Source: Marsupella aquatica (lineage: Eukaryota; Plantae; Marchantiophyta). Taken from it: a stretch of 64,000 bases of DNA. Where the stretch lies: assembly GCA_973895155.1 (NCBI GenBank), contig OZ316892.1, positions 7,175,251 to 7,239,250 on the forward strand, in the 5' to 3' direction. A model generated the notes under the pieces. That model was not told the origin of the DNA. It made no database searches and saw nothing but the letters and a program-made list of their open reading frames with translations. The position numbers were made by a program, and so were the translations under genes. The number at the start of each line of letters is the position of its first letter. Within the stretch, counting starts at the first letter, position 1. This document shows positions 60,760-64,000 of the stretch, one piece after another.

Positions 60760-63317
60760 ATGTTCATGTGCCCAAAACAAGTGGACCCATCTAAAAACAG
60801 TAGCATCCCACTTTAAAACAAACCTACTCTATCATTCTAACCATAATTTCATTGGGATCCAAATTAACTTACTCTTCAGGGCCTATCCATTTCTCCAGGG
60901 AAGCCTCTAGGCTGTGACTCGGGGAGTAACTGAAATTTGGGTGCAAGTGAAATGGGGATTGGGGGTAAGGTGAGTCGATCTCTGAAACTAGAGCAGCTTG
61001 CTTGAATGTCATCTCCTCTATTATTGCTCAAAGAATAGGCACTACTTCAAGTTTGTGCTTTATAAAATAGGAGAGATGTAAGGAAAGTAAATCATAGGGA
61101 CAAAGACTAAGCATGACCAAACAAAAGAACAAAAAGAAAAGAAAAAAGTAACCATGACCAAAACTAGATCACAATGAGAAATGCAAAGAAGTCTAGGCAT
61201 GCATGCAATGAACATTATCCCAACAGTTGGCAACATAATGTTGTGACTGTGAACTTCCATTATATTCTAACATCATTTTTGAGCAACTCTTGATATGAGA
61301 ATGTTGCATGATAGAGAAGTGTCACCTGAAACTTTCTTTGTTTGCCACATTATGCAATCATTGAACTAAGAAAACATTGCATCTTACGTACTACAATCTT
61401 AGGGTCTTACTTGAACTGCAAAAACTTACGGCACATCACATGCGAGATCACATGCAACAAAGAGTTGGGTCCTCGGGGGTCTCACTTCCGGAAAAATGGC
61501 ACATCACGTGCTACCAAACATAAGGTCATTTTTTTTGGTTCTAAGAAGACTTAGAAATTATCTTAAAAGAACATTAGTGTTATTTCAATCTAATATTGAG
61601 TCTTGTAAGAACCTTGCCTAATGGTCTTTTCAATCATTTTTATTATTATAATATAAGAACTTTATAGTGGTAAAAAAGCTCAAATTTTGTCTTGCATCTT
61701 AGGGGGTCTGAAGCCACCATATAGTGACCTTATTGACCTATTTGAGACTAAGACTTAATTAGGGGGTCTGAGGCCTAAACATTATTGATGGAGATTGCTA
61801 CAAGTAATGATCAGAGAACACTTCAACAGTTGCCATCAGCATGGACATTTTGGTCTGGATTATGGTTGTGCCAAAACATTTCAGTAGTGGCAATTAATTC
61901 GATGGCTGACAAAACATAACAGTAGGGTCTCACTTGTAATCATTGGTGCTTATTTGGTTTTGTATTTTGACCCTCATTTTTTCCCTTATTGTTGAAGTTT
62001 TTTTGGAACCAATGGAGACCAAGGTTGGAGAGACTAGTTCTAACATAGTCAGACACTTTTTAGGACTGTAGATATTCTGCAAATGCAGTCAACTAAATAG
62101 TCAATCCGCTGGTGGTGCTCTTAGTCCTCTAATCCACAACTTTAATTGGAGGCCCAATTGGATGAGCAGTTAACTCTAATGGAGTCACTTTCTCGATACA
62201 GGTTTGCCGTTTCCACCTGGAGCTCTTGGGTATATTTGTCTATGACTTTACCCACTCCCTTAGATTTCATCTTGTGTGGTAGAGTATGTATCTGACAGGA
62301 CCATCTGAGTTGATGCTGCATCTGAGCGGTTAGTTTTATGTTGCAAACAAGGGCTTGCAACTAAGATATATGCATAAAGCTAGACAAAATATAAAGTAAC
62401 TCTTGGTCAACAAAATACTGGAAAATCTTGCTTTTCAAACAATCTTTGAATGGACAATTTCACATCTAACCATGGAAACAAAGTCAGACCTATAAGCTCA
62501 GACTATATAGATCACGATCATAAATCTTTCGATGGGATAGGAATTCTAAGCTCATATATGGGATCTATGGAAATATTATTTTCCCTATGATAGGATATTA
62601 AGAGTAAGCCTGCTCTATTTTTGTACCCAGAGCATTACACTGTCCCATCTAGTGCAAAGGTTTGCCTTGAGATCCTGTCTGAGCCATGCTCAATAGGATC
62701 ATGAGCTCACCTACACAACAAATATCACAAACTCACAATATTCAGCCCCTTTTCATTGCCAACCTGTAAATTAATGGGATCTCTAGTTTTAATCTTACAC
62801 AAGCCAAGTATAGTATAGTGGTTTTTTAATGTTTGCATTTGCCCTCTTCTTTTCAATTACTTGGGTGTCCCCTCTGGACCTCTTTTCGATTTTACTCCTT
62901 AGTACTTTGTTTGGCACTCTTTGAATGAATTGACTCTTTTCCCAACAACAAAATACAGGTCTACGAGCTGTTCAAGTTTCTTGAAAAGGAAAGTTTTCAA
63001 AAGGCAGATCACCTCAAAAAGGTATGTCCACAAGAAGAAGATCATCTCAAAAGCAAATTTTCACAAATTAAAGGAAGATCATCTAAAAAAGGAAAATTTC
63101 AGAAACCTTATTAATCACAAGAGAACATTCCACATTGACACTTCCAGAGTGGAGAGAGTTGCTTTCCCAAGCACATGACGTTAGTAATAAGGTAACCGCC
63201 AGAATTCTTGGCAAACAATTAATAAAAAGACAGATTAGAAAATATAGATGTACGTATCTTTGTTTTTTAATCTGACTTTTTATTAAGCCTCTATCAGGTT
63301 GCATAGTGTAGCCCTAC

Positions 63318-63403
63318 AGACTTTTGTACATGAAATCATCACCCTAGACTTTTGTACATGAAATCATCACACAAGACTTTTGTACATGAAATCATCGTAC
63401 AAG
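63318..63403 (+). repeat. Minisatellite, 28-bp unit x3
   Basis: AGACTTTTGTACATGAAATCATC at ~63318, ~63346 and ~63374. Confidence 0.9.
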
Positions 63404-64000
63404 TACTATACAGGAAATGTATAAATGGTGGACTCATATGTATTGTAAGTTTTTTATGAAACTTATGAAAGAGGAAATATAATGAAACTCTTCGCTTGAT
63501 ATGGGACCAGTGAGCCCCCAAGGTACTTTTGTAGTTAAATTAGTTTTTTGGGGAACCTAAGAAGGTTGTGCATTTTTGAGGGTAACTTAGTAATTAAAAA
63601 CACTATATCAAAACGAGTGATTCTTAAAATAGTGTAGTTATATTCTTTCAATCTTGAATATAATGTTTTGTATATTTTACATATCTAGAAAAATAAACAA
63701 TTAGTTGTACACAAGCAACTGGACTTTCTCCAAATACCACATATTTTGCATCCCTGGAAAATATACCTATTTAAAAAGTTATGCACCAACAATCAAACAA
63801 TGTGTGATCGAGCCTTCTCAAAATATAATATGTTTTACATACATATCTTGGAAAAATATGCAATGACCAAGTTGAAACTAAGATGGACCTTGCCCTTGAA
63901 CCATGCAATTCAGATGCACCTTGCCCACAATACACTCACAAAGACAGGAAACAATGAGGAAGGAGTGAGTACCTCGTTGACTTGGACATCTAAACACCCA

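Overview
Eukaryotic, intron-rich nuclear DNA from a land plant. A bryophyte, probably a liverwort, is inferred from gene content and intron style. There are no prokaryotic features, CRISPR arrays or rRNA/tRNA genes. By hand-splicing I could reconstruct five conserved multi-exon genes: an At2g21960-type peptidase-M41-like HExxH membrane protein (+, ~5.5-8.0 kb), a SAC8-type phosphoinositide phosphatase (-, 12.1-18.6 kb), importin-4 (+, 23.2-32.0 kb), a tandem cyclic-nucleotide-binding-domain protein (-, ~32.8-40.2 kb) and a SYP7-family syntaxin (+, 45.2-52.1 kb). There is also an orphan two-exon ORF (9.7-10.8 kb) and an ankyrin-like fragment (~57-58 kb). Notable non-coding structure includes three minor-spliceosome (U12) introns in the head-to-head SAC8/importin-4 pair, one of them AT-AC, and a GC-AG intron and a 28-nt microexon in the CNBD gene. 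A very GC-rich 643-bp TIR element sits between SAC8 and importin-4, with its empty-site sequence preserved nearby. There are two further fold-back/MITE elements and an intron patchwork that looks like templated repair filler. No clearly new biological system is demonstrated. The best leads are the degenerate, insertion-split CNBD protein, the orphan gene and the GC-rich element.
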